From contig WRHU01000002.1 in NCBI GenBank assembly GCA_009783085.1, positions 10,019-74,018 on the forward strand: DNA of 64,000 nucleotides, read 5' to 3'. Shown here one piece after another: positions 45,112 through 54,417 of this stretch; position 1 is the stretch's first letter; every line of letters begins with the position of its first letter. Origin of the DNA: Coriobacteriia bacterium. GTDB lineage: Bacteria; Actinomycetota; Coriobacteriia; Coriobacteriales; UBA8131. The translations under genes and the position numbers were made by a program. Below the pieces are notes generated by a model. That model worked only from the letters and a program-made list of their open reading frames with translations, was not told the DNA's origin and made no database searches.

Positions 45112-45654
45112 CTATTCTCGCTCAAATACCATCTTGTCGCCAGCTTTTTGTACCGTAAGCTGGTCGTTTGCGTAGGTTCCCTCCACGCCTTCGCTTCCCT
45201 CAAGCGTGATGGTAATGCTCTGCGGGCTGTTGATTTTCCATGTTCCAGTAAGAATTTTACCCATGCTATCAAGCTGAGCCGTTTTGTCTTTATTCAAAAC
45301 GAGCTTGATAGTCATGCCGGCGTCCTCAAGAACCGCTACTGTTTCTGCGGGATCCATGTCGGGTCGCTCAGCGCTTTGAAGACTAACAATTTCCCACGTG
45401 CCAACAAAGTTTTGGGTATTGGGGTCGTCAGCGCAGGCCGAAAGCGCAAAAAGCATACCCAGCGCGAGCATAAGGCTTGTGGCAAGAGCAATACTTCTCT
45501 TTTTAAGGGAGGTGTTTGTAGTGGTACTCGCTGGAACGCTTGTCATACGGACATTCGCGGCGCTCACTGGAGCACTTGCCATAAGGGCGCTCGCAGAGCT
45601 TTTCAGGGGATTTTTCATGGTGTTTCCTTCTGTTTTTTGTTTCTTGGGCTGCAA
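45112..45654 (-). CDS. Hypothetical lipoprotein (lipocalin-like C-terminal domain?)
   Basis: Lipobox LFALSAC, with two GTWEI/GTWKI motifs. The start may be the ATG at 45618. Confidence 0.55.
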   Translation of the reverse strand: MQPKKQKTEGNTMKNPLKSSASALMASAPVSAANVRMTSVPASTTTNTSLKKRSIALATSLMLALGMLFALSACADDPNTQNFVGTWEIVSLQSAERPDMDPAETVAVLEDAGMTIKLVLNKDKTAQLDSMGKILTGTWKINSPQSITITLEGSEGVEGTYANDQLTVQKAGDKMVFERE

Positions 45655-45919
45655 CGGCTAGAGTTTTGGACCACAGCGACCACGTTTCTTGGGCTGCAAC
45701 GGCCAGAGTTTTCGCTCGCAACTGCCAAAGTTTTTGCCAAAGCGTCCAGAGTTTTAGCTCACACCAGCTAGAGTTTTAGTCCGCAACCACCAAAGTTTCG
45801 ACCACAGAGCCCAATTTTAAGCAAATTAACCGTATTTCGCGCTTTTTTGATAGTAATACTATACTATACTTTCATACACCGAAAAACCATTAGACCATCA
45901 GAAAAAGGAGCAAGTTACT

Positions 45920-47212
45920 ATGAGCGACACCACAAACCAATCTATCGAAACCACGTGTGTGCAGGGCGGTTATCGCCCCGGCAATGGTGAACCGCGCCAG
46001 GTTCCCATTATTCAAAGCACCACTTTCAAATATGACACAAGTGAATTCATGGGCAAGCTTTTTGACCTTGAGGCTTCGGGCTATTTTTACACCCGCCTGC
46101 AAAATCCCACCAACGACAACGTCGCAGCTAAGATATGCGAGCTAGAGGGCGGCTCTGCAGCAATGCTTACCTCCTCGGGGCAAGCGGCAAGTTTTTTCTC
46201 CGTATTTAATATCGCTGGCGCAGGCGACCATATTGTTTCGTCCTCAGAGCTTTACGGCGGCACCTATAACCTGTTTGCCATAACCATGAAGCGCATGGGC
46301 ATTGACTTTACCTTTATCCCCTCAACGTGCTCAGATGAGGAGCTTAAGGCGGCGTTCAAGCCCAATACCAAGGCAGTTTTTGGTGAAACTATCGCCAATC
46401 CGGCGCTTTCGGTTTTTGACATTGAGCGCTGGGCTACCGCTGCGCACGCCCACGGTGTGCCGTTGATTATCGACAACACTTTTCCCACGCCTGTTAACTG
46501 CAGGCCCATTGAGTGGGGCGCTGACATTGTTGTTCACTCGACCACTAAGTACATGGACGGACATGGCGGCGCGGTTGGTGGCTGCATTGTTGATGCTGGG
46601 AAGTTTGATTGGAATGCTCATGCGGATAAGTTCCCTGGGCTTACCCAACCAGATGAGAGTTATCACGGCGTGGTTTATACTGAGCGTTTTGGCTTGGCGG
46701 GTGCGTATATTACCAAGGCTACAGCGCAGCTCATGCGTGATTTGGGTGCTATCCAAGCGCCGCAAAATGCCTTTATCCTCAACTTGGGGCTTGAGAGTTT
46801 GCACCTGCGCATGAAACAACACTGTGCAAACGGCCAAGCTGTTGCTGAGTTTTTGGAAGCACACCCCAAGGTTGTGCAGGTCAAATACTGCGGATTGCCA
46901 AATGACCCCTATCATGAGCTTGCCTCAAAGTATTTGCCCGATGGTTCGTGTGGCGTAGTAAGCTTTAGGGTGGCTGGTGGACGCACGGGTGCAGAAACCT
47001 TTATGAAAAACCTTAAGCTCGGGATAATCGCTACACACGTTGCTGATGCACGTACTTGTGTATTACACCCAGCTAACGCAACGCACAGACAAATGACCGA
47101 TGAGGAGCTAACCGCAGCTGGCATTGAGCCCGACATGATTCGCTTCTCTTGTGGTATTGAGGCAACGAGCGATTTGCTTGCCGACATACAGCAGGCACTT
47201 GAAGCTGTCTAG
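45920..47212 (+). CDS. metY: O-acetylhomoserine sulfhydrylase (PLP-dependent Cys/Met metabolism enzyme)
   Basis: 430 aa. GGYRPG..., YTRLQNPT, and STTKYMDGHG (the PLP-lysine motif). AAAGGAG RBS. Confidence 0.88.
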   Translation: MSDTTNQSIETTCVQGGYRPGNGEPRQVPIIQSTTFKYDTSEFMGKLFDLEASGYFYTRLQNPTNDNVAAKICELEGGSAAMLTSSGQAASFFSVFNIAGAGDHIVSSSELYGGTYNLFAITMKRMGIDFTFIPSTCSDEELKAAFKPNTKAVFGETIANPALSVFDIERWATAAHAHGVPLIIDNTFPTPVNCRPIEWGADIVVHSTTKYMDGHGGAVGGCIVDAGKFDWNAHADKFPGLTQPDESYHGVVYTERFGLAGAYITKATAQLMRDLGAIQAPQNAFILNLGLESLHLRMKQHCANGQAVAEFLEAHPKVVQVKYCGLPNDPYHELASKYLPDGSCGVVSFRVAGGRTGAETFMKNLKLGIIATHVADARTCVLHPANATHRQMTDEELTAAGIEPDMIRFSCGIEATSDLLADIQQALEAV

Positions 47213-47238
47213 ATAAAGTGTCAAAGAGTTATAAGCTA

Positions 47239-47276
47239 CAGGGGGCTGCCTCGAAGAGGCAGCCCCCTGTTTTTTT
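47239..47276. terminator. Bidirectional intrinsic terminator
   Basis: CAGGGGGCTGCCTC-GAA-GAGGCAGCCCCCTG followed by TTTTTTT. Lies between the convergent metY and ABC exporter genes. Confidence 0.85.
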
Positions 47277-47302
47277 GCGCTCTTTCGCAGCTTTTCTACC
47301 GC

Positions 47303-49321
47303 CTAGTCTTCCTCGCCAACATCAAACTGGCTGTTATAGAGCATGGCATAAAAACCGTTGGCGGCTAAAAGCTCGTCATGTGAGCCTTGTTCAACAATGT
47401 CACCCTTGTCCATAACAAGAATTAAATCGGCATTTTTAATGGTAGAAAGACGGTGTGCAATGATAAAGCTCGTGCGTCCGTGCATGAGGTTGTCCATCGC
47501 CGTTTGAATAAGCAGTTCGGTGCGCGTATCAACCGATGAGGTTGCCTCATCGAGAATAAGAATCTTGGGGTCAAGCAACACGGCTCGGGCAATGGTCAAA
47601 AGCTGCTTTTGCCCCTGCGAAATGTTGCTTGCCTCCTCGTTTATGAGCAGGTTGTAGCCATCGGGCAGCGTGGTGATAAAGTGGTCTGCCTGCGCCACCT
47701 GAGCGGCAGCATGAACTTCCTCATCGGTTGCATCAAGACGGCTGTAGCGGATATTATCGGCAATGCTGGCGCTGTATAGCCACGTGTCCTGCAGCACCAT
47801 ACCAAACAAGCCGCGCAGCTCGTCGCGCTTAAAGTCTTTAACATCATGACCGCCCACCAAAACGGCACCAGACTCCACGTCGTAAAAACGCATGAGCAGC
47901 TTAACAATGGTTGTTTTTCCAGCGCCCGTTGGGCCAACAATGGCAATTTTTTGACCTGGAGCTATCTCGGCAGAAAAATCGTTGATAACAGTTTTGTCTT
48001 CGGTATAACCAAAGTGTACGTGCTTGAAGCTCACGCTGCCGTCCACAGTTTCGGGGTCAACCGCCGTGCCGTCAGTTTTTTCGGGAACTTCCTCGGGCTC
48101 GTCAAGGAAAGTAAATACCCGCTCGGCGGCGGCCATCGTTTGCTGCAAAATATTTGAAATCTGAGCAACCTGCGTAATGGGCTGCTGGAACGTGCGCATA
48201 TACTGGATAAACGCCTGAATATCGCCCACCGAGATAACGCGACCCATGGCAAGATAGGCACCCACAATACAGATAATCACGTAGCCGAGGTTGCCGATGA
48301 AGTTCATCAGCGGCATCATAAGGCCAGAGAGAAAGTTTGCCTTCCACGCTGCGGCGTACAGCGTTGTATTGCTCTCGTCAAAGCTCTCAAGAGCAGCCTT
48401 CTCGCCGTTAAAGGCCTTGACCACCGTATGTGCGCCGTAGTTTTCCTCCACCAAACCATTGACCTCGCCAAGATAATTTTGCTGGTTGGTAAAGTGCTTT
48501 TGCGATTTGCTCATAATAAATCCGATAAGCCCCAGACTCAGCGGGAGCGTAAGGATTGCAATGAGCGTCATAAGCCAGCTGATAGAAAACATCATAACGA
48601 GTACGCCAATGAGCGTAGCCACGCTGGTGATAATTTGTGTGACCGACTGATTGAGGCTTTGGTTGATGACATCAACATCATTGGTGATGCGGCTCATAAC
48701 GTCGCCCGTTGCCACTTTGTCGTAGTACGAAAACGGCAGGCGCATAATTTTTGCGTCAATGTCGCGGCGCAGGCGATAGCTTACCTTGTTTGAAACATTT
48801 GCCATAACAAAGCCTTGTATAAACTGAAACACCGCACTTACGGCATAAAGGCCTAACACGGTAAGCAAGATACCGGCAATAACCGTAAAGTCGGGACCGT
48901 CGCCCGAGCCAGCAATTTGTCCTAAAATGCCCTCGAACAGCTCGGTGGTTGCCATGCCCAAAATCTTAGGGCCAACAATGGCAAAAACCGTCGAGGCAAG
49001 AGCAAAAATCAAGACCACCAAAATGGCTATTTTGAACGAGCCCAAATAGCGGAGCAGATTTTTGAGGGCAAGCTTGAAGTTTTTGGGTTTCTCGCCCGGC
49101 ATTAAAGCGTGCCCACCGGGGCCGCCCCGTCCAGGGCCACCGCCACGGCGACGTTGCTGTAGCTTAGCCTGAGGCTTTTTTCTTTGCTGCGTGGTGGCAG
49201 GGTTTTGCTGCGTGGCGGCAGGGTTTTGCTGCGTTTCGATAGTAGAACTCTGCTGCGTTTCAGCGGCGGATCCTTGTATCATACCGGCAGAACTTTGTGT
49301 CATATCTACTTTTTTAGGCAT
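47303..49321 (-). CDS. ABC exporter, fused permease/ATPase (second subunit of a heterodimer)
   Basis: Six-TM domain plus NBD (GPTGAGKTT, ISQGQKQLL, ILILDEATSSVD). ATG at 49321 follows GAGGAGGAG and overlaps the upstream gene by 8 nt. Confidence 0.88.
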   Translation of the reverse strand: MPKKVDMTQSSAGMIQGSAAETQQSSTIETQQNPAATQQNPATTQQRKKPQAKLQQRRRGGGPGRGGPGGHALMPGEKPKNFKLALKNLLRYLGSFKIAILVVLIFALASTVFAIVGPKILGMATTELFEGILGQIAGSGDGPDFTVIAGILLTVLGLYAVSAVFQFIQGFVMANVSNKVSYRLRRDIDAKIMRLPFSYYDKVATGDVMSRITNDVDVINQSLNQSVTQIITSVATLIGVLVMMFSISWLMTLIAILTLPLSLGLIGFIMSKSQKHFTNQQNYLGEVNGLVEENYGAHTVVKAFNGEKAALESFDESNTTLYAAAWKANFLSGLMMPLMNFIGNLGYVIICIVGAYLAMGRVISVGDIQAFIQYMRTFQQPITQVAQISNILQQTMAAAERVFTFLDEPEEVPEKTDGTAVDPETVDGSVSFKHVHFGYTEDKTVINDFSAEIAPGQKIAIVGPTGAGKTTIVKLLMRFYDVESGAVLVGGHDVKDFKRDELRGLFGMVLQDTWLYSASIADNIRYSRLDATDEEVHAAAQVAQADHFITTLPDGYNLLINEEASNISQGQKQLLTIARAVLLDPKILILDEATSSVDTRTELLIQTAMDNLMHGRTSFIIAHRLSTIKNADLILVMDKGDIVEQGSHDELLAANGFYAMLYNSQFDVGEED

Positions 49322-51653
49322 GATGCAACTCCTCCTCATTTAACTGGGAGGAAGCAATCTCATAATAAGCGGGGCAGGTTTTCAAAAGCTCGTTGTGCTT
49401 GCCCCGCCCTACAATCATGCCATCGTCAACTACATAAATCATGTCAGCGTCCATGATGGTACTCACACGCTGAGCAACAATAAGAAGCGTGCTGTCTTTG
49501 GTATGGGCATGAAGGGCCGAGCGCAAGGCGGCATCAGTTTTGAAATCAAGTGCCGAGAAGCTATCGTCAAACAAGAAAATGCTGGGGTTGACAGCAAGGG
49601 CACGCGCAATAGAAATACGCTGCCGCTGCCCACCAGAAACATTGGTGCCACCTTGGGCAATGTCAAAGTCAAATCGCTCCTCGCGCGAGTCGATAAACTC
49701 GGTAGCCTGCGCAACATCGGCAAGTTTTTCGAGGTTTTCTTGCGACAAATCATGGTTGCCAAAGGTGATATTTTGAGCAATGGTGCCCGTCAATAAAACG
49801 CTTTTTTGCGGAACGTATCCGAGGTGCGAACGCAATTCTTGCTGCGTTAGGTTGCGCACATCTACGCCGCCAACCAAAACCTCACCAGCCGTTGCGTCAT
49901 AGAAGCGCATAACAAGGTTGAGAATGGTAGATTTTCCCGAGCCCGTTGAGCCGATAAATGCGGTGGTAGAGCCGGGTTCGGCAACAAAAGAAATATCGGT
50001 AAGGGCATCGTGTTCGGCACCTTCAAAGCGGAAGTCAACCGACTTAAACTCCACGCGACCGAGCTGCTTCTCGTCCATAGAAAGAGGCTTTTTGGGGTCA
50101 CGAATAACGGGTTCCGTTTCAAGAACTTCTGCTATACGACCAGCAGAAACAGCTGCGCGCGGCACAAAAATGAACGCCATCGCAATAAACATAAAGCCCA
50201 TAACCACCTGCATGGCGTACTGCATATATGCCATCATATCGCCTACTTGCATGGCAGAGGCAGCAACCTGATGAGCGCCAACCCAGATGATAAGCACCGT
50301 AAGGCCATTCATAAACACCATCATCAGCGGCATCATAAATACCATCGCGCGCTGGATAAACAAATTGGTCTTGGTAACGTCAAGGTTGGCGACCTCAAAG
50401 CGCTCGCGCTCAAAACCGCTGCGCCCAAAGGCGCGAATAACCATGAGACCGTTAAGTGTTTCGCGTGCAACAAGGTTAAGGCGGTCGATAAGTTTTTGGA
50501 TAATTTTGAACTTAGGCATGACAATAATCATGAGCACAACAACCATGCACATCAAAAAGAGAACTGCGATGCCGATAATCCAACTCATCGAAACCGACTT
50601 TTGCACCGCCATAATAGTTGCACCAATAGCCAAAATGGGCGCATAGCAAATCATGCGAATGCCCATAGTGAGCAGTGTTTGTATCTGTGTAACGTCATTG
50701 GTTGAGCGGGTAATAAGCGAAGCAGTTGAAAAACGGTCAAACTCTGCGTGAGAAAACGAGGACACCTTGGCAAAAATATCGCGTCTGAGGTCGCGCGCCA
50801 ATCCGGCTCCAATGCGTGACGAGAGAAAACCAACAAAGACCGAGGCCGCACCGCCCACAAAGGTGATAAGGAGCATAAGTGCGCCAACGCGAACAATGTA
50901 GCCAATTTCAAAATCACTCATGTTCATGCCGAGGTCGCTATAAAACGCACCCGTAAGGGCCGTGGCGGTTTGCTTGCGCATGAGCTTATCCGTTGCACGT
51001 GCTTGGGTGCGCGCGTCTTGGAATACTTCTGGCTTAAATTCAGCCATGAGCTTAAGTTTTGGGGTGAGTTTGTAGATTTCCGAAATATCGAGGTCGGTGA
51101 GGCCGGTTTCGGCGATTGAGGTTTCTTGGGTGTCGCCTGCTTGGGCAGCTGAGGCTGAGGCGGTTGTGTTTCCTAGAGTGCTAGCTGTGCCGCTCGCTTC
51201 TACCTCATCGGCCTCATCTGTCTCATCGGCGAGCTGCTTAAACACATTGAGCATAGTCCACGCCGTAACCCCAAAGGTTTCATCGAGAGCAGTGCGATTT
51301 TCGGGCGTTATGTCTGCGTCAAGCACATAGAGAGAGCCGTTTTTAGCCGCAGGATACAAAGACTGATAGCTCTTGCCCGAGGCATCGGTGTCGCTTGCTT
51401 TTACGGGCGTATAAGATTTCTCAAAAAGTTTTTTGTCCTCGGCGCTCATAAAAAGACCAACAAACTCAAAGCCGTCTTCGCTGAGCGCGCGCGGGGTGCG
51501 CTCCTCAACACCGCCTTGCTGTATGCCCACATTAACAATGTCGCTCATAAGTTTTGGAAGATATAAGTCACACATCGCCTGCCCAAACAGCAAAACGAAT
51601 GCCATGAGAAAACTTACTATGAACGGCTTGAGATAGCCTTTGAGCTTAAGCAC
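49314..51653 (-). CDS. ABC exporter, fused permease/ATPase with a large insertion after TM1
   Basis: NBD motifs GSTGSGKST, VSGGQRQRI and IFLFDDSFSALD. About 200 aa lie between TM1 and TM2. GTG start at 51653. Confidence 0.88.
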   Translation of the reverse strand: MLKLKGYLKPFIVSFLMAFVLLFGQAMCDLYLPKLMSDIVNVGIQQGGVEERTPRALSEDGFEFVGLFMSAEDKKLFEKSYTPVKASDTDASGKSYQSLYPAAKNGSLYVLDADITPENRTALDETFGVTAWTMLNVFKQLADETDEADEVEASGTASTLGNTTASASAAQAGDTQETSIAETGLTDLDISEIYKLTPKLKLMAEFKPEVFQDARTQARATDKLMRKQTATALTGAFYSDLGMNMSDFEIGYIVRVGALMLLITFVGGAASVFVGFLSSRIGAGLARDLRRDIFAKVSSFSHAEFDRFSTASLITRSTNDVTQIQTLLTMGIRMICYAPILAIGATIMAVQKSVSMSWIIGIAVLFLMCMVVVLMIIVMPKFKIIQKLIDRLNLVARETLNGLMVIRAFGRSGFERERFEVANLDVTKTNLFIQRAMVFMMPLMMVFMNGLTVLIIWVGAHQVAASAMQVGDMMAYMQYAMQVVMGFMFIAMAFIFVPRAAVSAGRIAEVLETEPVIRDPKKPLSMDEKQLGRVEFKSVDFRFEGAEHDALTDISFVAEPGSTTAFIGSTGSGKSTILNLVMRFYDATAGEVLVGGVDVRNLTQQELRSHLGYVPQKSVLLTGTIAQNITFGNHDLSQENLEKLADVAQATEFIDSREERFDFDIAQGGTNVSGGQRQRISIARALAVNPSIFLFDDSFSALDFKTDAALRSALHAHTKDSTLLIVAQRVSTIMDADMIYVVDDGMIVGRGKHNELLKTCPAYYEIASSQLNEEELHHA

Positions 51654-51780
51654 AGGCTAAAATCTCCTCAACTAGTCTGATGCGGTGGTTCTGTGACGCC
51701 TTTTACGATAGTTCTACTGCTGCGCTTGCGGCGCACGGGGCGACCTTACACCTGTGTGCGCTTTCTCGAGCAACCTATCA

Positions 51781-51808
51781 AGTATAGACGAGGTCGGTTG
51801 TTTTTCAA
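51781..51808 (-). promoter_or_regulatory. Sigma-70-like promoter of the ABC exporter operon
   Basis: Minus strand: TTGAAA (51803-51808), 16-nt spacer, TATACT (51781-51786). The near-palindrome TTTTTTGTACGTTCAAAAAA (51814-51833) lies just upstream. Confidence 0.45.
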
Positions 51809-51884
51809 GTAACTTTTTTGTACGTTCAAAAAATGTTGCCAAGCCGTCTTGTAGGCTAAGCGCAAGCTCTCGGACTAACGGGGG

Positions 51885-52292
51885 CTACAGGTTAATTTGG
51901 TGAATACAGTCAACACCTTGTTCCTCGCAGAGTTTTCCCAACTTGGCATCAAGCGTAACAAGCGTGGCACCATTGCGACGCGCCAAAGTAAGATAGAGCA
52001 TATCGTAGACAGAATGCTTGAGGCGCAAAGACTCGGTAAAGGCTTCGATGTAGTTTTCGTGAATGGAGATATACTTAGTAACCAACCCAACAGCATCCCT
52101 TATAAGAATGAGTGCCTCCGCTTCAGTCATCAAATCAAGTTTTACATATTTGCGAAACGAACTAGCAGTTTCTATAAAAAGGAGTTCTGAGCTAATAACG
52201 TCCTCACCTTTTTCTATCAGCGCTCGCAAGGCGTTGCCCTCAGACGTTCCTTGGGCAATGTTGGCCGCAGCACTACAGTCAAGCACTATCAT
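51885..52292 (-). CDS. vapC: PIN-domain type II toxin (VapC family)
   Basis: 135 aa. MIVLDCSAA start, with SVYDMLYLTLA and TLDAKL motifs. 4-nt overlap with the upstream antitoxin gene. Confidence 0.8.
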   Translation of the reverse strand: MIVLDCSAAANIAQGTSEGNALRALIEKGEDVISSELLFIETASSFRKYVKLDLMTEAEALILIRDAVGLVTKYISIHENYIEAFTESLRLKHSVYDMLYLTLARRNGATLVTLDAKLGKLCEEQGVDCIHQINL

Positions 52293-52588
52293 CGCGAATC
52301 CCTGTCCTCACGTATCATTTGTTCTGGTGTAGGAAAACCTTCGGGAACTATAAAGGGGGGACGCGCGTCAATCCTATCGAATATCTCTTTTGTACGCCTC
52401 ATACGTTCAGCGCGCTCAACATCCTCGGATTTTCTGAGCAAAGCTTCTCGCCTTTCCGTTTCTCTGCTAACGTAGTCTTTAACCGCAACAATAGTTTGCT
52501 GCGCCATGCTGCGATATTCGCGCTGCGCGCACAAACGCAGCTCCTCGTAAAGCTCTTCGGGGAAATCCCTAACCTGTAAGGCTGGCAT
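52289..52588 (-). CDS. RHH (FitA/VapB-like) antitoxin
   Basis: MPALQVRDFPEELYEELRLCAQREYRSMAQQTIVAVKDYV fits the RHH pattern of plasmid-stability/FitA-like antitoxins. Confidence 0.65.
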   Translation of the reverse strand: MPALQVRDFPEELYEELRLCAQREYRSMAQQTIVAVKDYVSRETERREALLRKSEDVERAERMRRTKEIFDRIDARPPFIVPEGFPTPEQMIREDRDSR

Positions 52589-52686
52589 AGCACACCTCCT
52601 TCAAACAACGTGCCTACTCAAAAGCAGCAAACGCATTTCTCTGCATGCATGTTGCTATTATAATGCATGAACTCGTTAATGGCAAA

Positions 52687-52719
52687 GAAAACCCCCGCGG
52701 GGCGCTCGCCTCGCGGGGG
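52687..52719 (-). terminator. Intrinsic terminator after the MFS gene
   Basis: CCCCCGCG (52692-52699) pairs with CGCGGGGG (52712-52719). Followed by TTTTC on the minus strand. Confidence 0.7.
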
Positions 52720-52751
52720 TAATCTCTAATCAGCCAAATGTTTGCAACTCC

Positions 52752-54107
52752 CTATTGCGAGCCCTGCCCCCGTATGTCAAGCGTGCGGACTGAGGGCATG
52801 GCAACAGCAAGCGCAGAAATCGCCACCAACACCACGCCACCAAGTATGAACCAAGGGGTCATTCCTACTACCTCGGCAATAGGACCGGCTATCAGCAGGC
52901 CAAAGGGTGCGGCGACTGAGGTAACAACCCCCATAAGCGCCATGACGCGCCCGAGTTTCTCCGCAGGAATACAACGTTGCACAATGCTATTGAGTGGTCC
53001 GTTGAAAAAGGCACCAAAAATGGCACTAACGCCACTAAGCACTACAAACAGCACAAACATGGTTGGCGTAAGAAAGCCAATAACGGCAAAGGTAAGGCCT
53101 TGCAACACCATTGAGGCAACCACCACATGCATAAGACGCTTGCCGCCTCCCCAAATGCCTAAAACGATAGAACCGAGCAAAAAGCCCGAGCCAAAAATCG
53201 CCTCAACGAGAGCAGCATCAAAGCCGCTTCCGCCAAAAAAGTCGTAGGTCATAAGCGGATACAACGAGGCAAGCGGCATAAACGCAGCAACCCCGATAAA
53301 AAAGAGGACAAATAAGGCGGTCATGCCCTTAACAGCTCGAACGGCTCGGAAGCCATCGAGCATATCGCCCAGTACGGTGGAGCGCTGGTCTTTGCTCATC
53401 TGGTACTCAGGAATGGTCACAATTACTAAAATAAGGCAGGCAATAAGCACGCCAATAACGTCGATAAATAGCACCGCCTGCAGCCCAATGCTCACGTAGA
53501 AAAAGATGCCGATAGCGGGAGCAATGATGTTTCCCGCTGCCTGAATACCTTGATCGAGCGTGTTTATGCGCACAAGGTGGCGATTGGGCACAAGCAGCGG
53601 CATAACTGCAAGCATGGCAGGTTGATGAAAGGCGGTGCCAATGCTTCTCAAAGCGATGGCTCCTAATACCACCGGGATAGAAACCATGCCCGCAATAACT
53701 ACAAACGCCATAATAAACATGGCAAGAGCGATGCCCAAGTCTGAAAGTATCATAATGGTTTTGCGGTTGTATCTATCAGCGATAGTTCCAGCAAACGGCC
53801 CGAGAAGCGCCATTGGCAAAAAGAACATCGCAGTACCAAGCATGAGAATGAGGGGGCTTTCGGTAGTTATGGTGAGGTGCCAGACCAAGGCGTATCCTGC
53901 TGCCCCGCTCATAACAAAGGACACCGCTTGCCCGAGCCACACCCACACTACCACGCTGCGCCAGTTTTTTGCCACCGGGGTATTCATTGCTGAGAGCTCG
54001 GGAGCTTGGTCTGCAGGCACCGTTTGCGAAGTTTGTGAAGCTTGCGAAAGCTCGGGGGATTTATGTTCTAGCTCGCCTTGAGCTAGGTCTTCAATTTTTT
54101 TATCCAT
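52752..54107 (-). CDS. MFS transporter (efflux-type, EntS/macrolide-exporter-like)
   Basis: 451 aa with 12 TM-like segments and a DRYNRK loop motif. Confidence 0.78.
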   Translation of the reverse strand: MDKKIEDLAQGELEHKSPELSQASQTSQTVPADQAPELSAMNTPVAKNWRSVVVWVWLGQAVSFVMSGAAGYALVWHLTITTESPLILMLGTAMFFLPMALLGPFAGTIADRYNRKTIMILSDLGIALAMFIMAFVVIAGMVSIPVVLGAIALRSIGTAFHQPAMLAVMPLLVPNRHLVRINTLDQGIQAAGNIIAPAIGIFFYVSIGLQAVLFIDVIGVLIACLILVIVTIPEYQMSKDQRSTVLGDMLDGFRAVRAVKGMTALFVLFFIGVAAFMPLASLYPLMTYDFFGGSGFDAALVEAIFGSGFLLGSIVLGIWGGGKRLMHVVVASMVLQGLTFAVIGFLTPTMFVLFVVLSGVSAIFGAFFNGPLNSIVQRCIPAEKLGRVMALMGVVTSVAAPFGLLIAGPIAEVVGMTPWFILGGVVLVAISALAVAMPSVRTLDIRGQGSQ

Positions 54108-54345
54108 GGAATACTCTTATCTATGAGGCGCAAGCAAACCCGCAAGCGTGCTTGCAAAAATGAATTGACAAAACGTATGGAGGCTTCTATCTGCCAATCA
54201 TTAAGGAATCATTAAGGACTCCCTCACCCTTCACTCATAGTCTTCTCTACCGACTGCCTCGCTGCTTTGCAGCTTGCAATCACTCTTATTCTACTACTTT
54301 GGTTGATTTATTGCTAGACGGGAATCTGGGCACAGTAAAAATGCT

Positions 54346-54417
54346 CTTTTTGCCGAGCAAGTGCTTATTGCCGAGCGACTGCTTATTACCGAGCGAGTGC
54401 TTATTGCTCAGCAGGAC
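54346..54417. repeat. Four 18-nt units; the last is the pgi stop region
   Basis: CTTTTTGCCGAGCAAGTG / CTTATTGCCGAGCGACTG / CTTATTACCGAGCGAGTG / CTTATTGCTCAGCAGGA (genic, encoding PAEQ-stop). Confidence 0.9.

Noticed and set aside
45655-45919. SAM (S-box or SAM-IV) riboswitch upstream of metY
   Set aside because: No conserved S-box or SAM-IV motifs and no terminator are seen. The region is mostly degenerate (C/T)(C/T)AGAGTTTT-type repeats plus an AT-rich promoter-like stretch.
51814-51833. Near-palindrome TTTTTTGTACGTTCAAAAAA as a specific regulator operator for the ABC exporter operon
   Set aside because: It is A/T-homopolymer-dominated with one mismatch, and could simply be an UP-element-like AT tract. 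It is noted in the promoter feature only.
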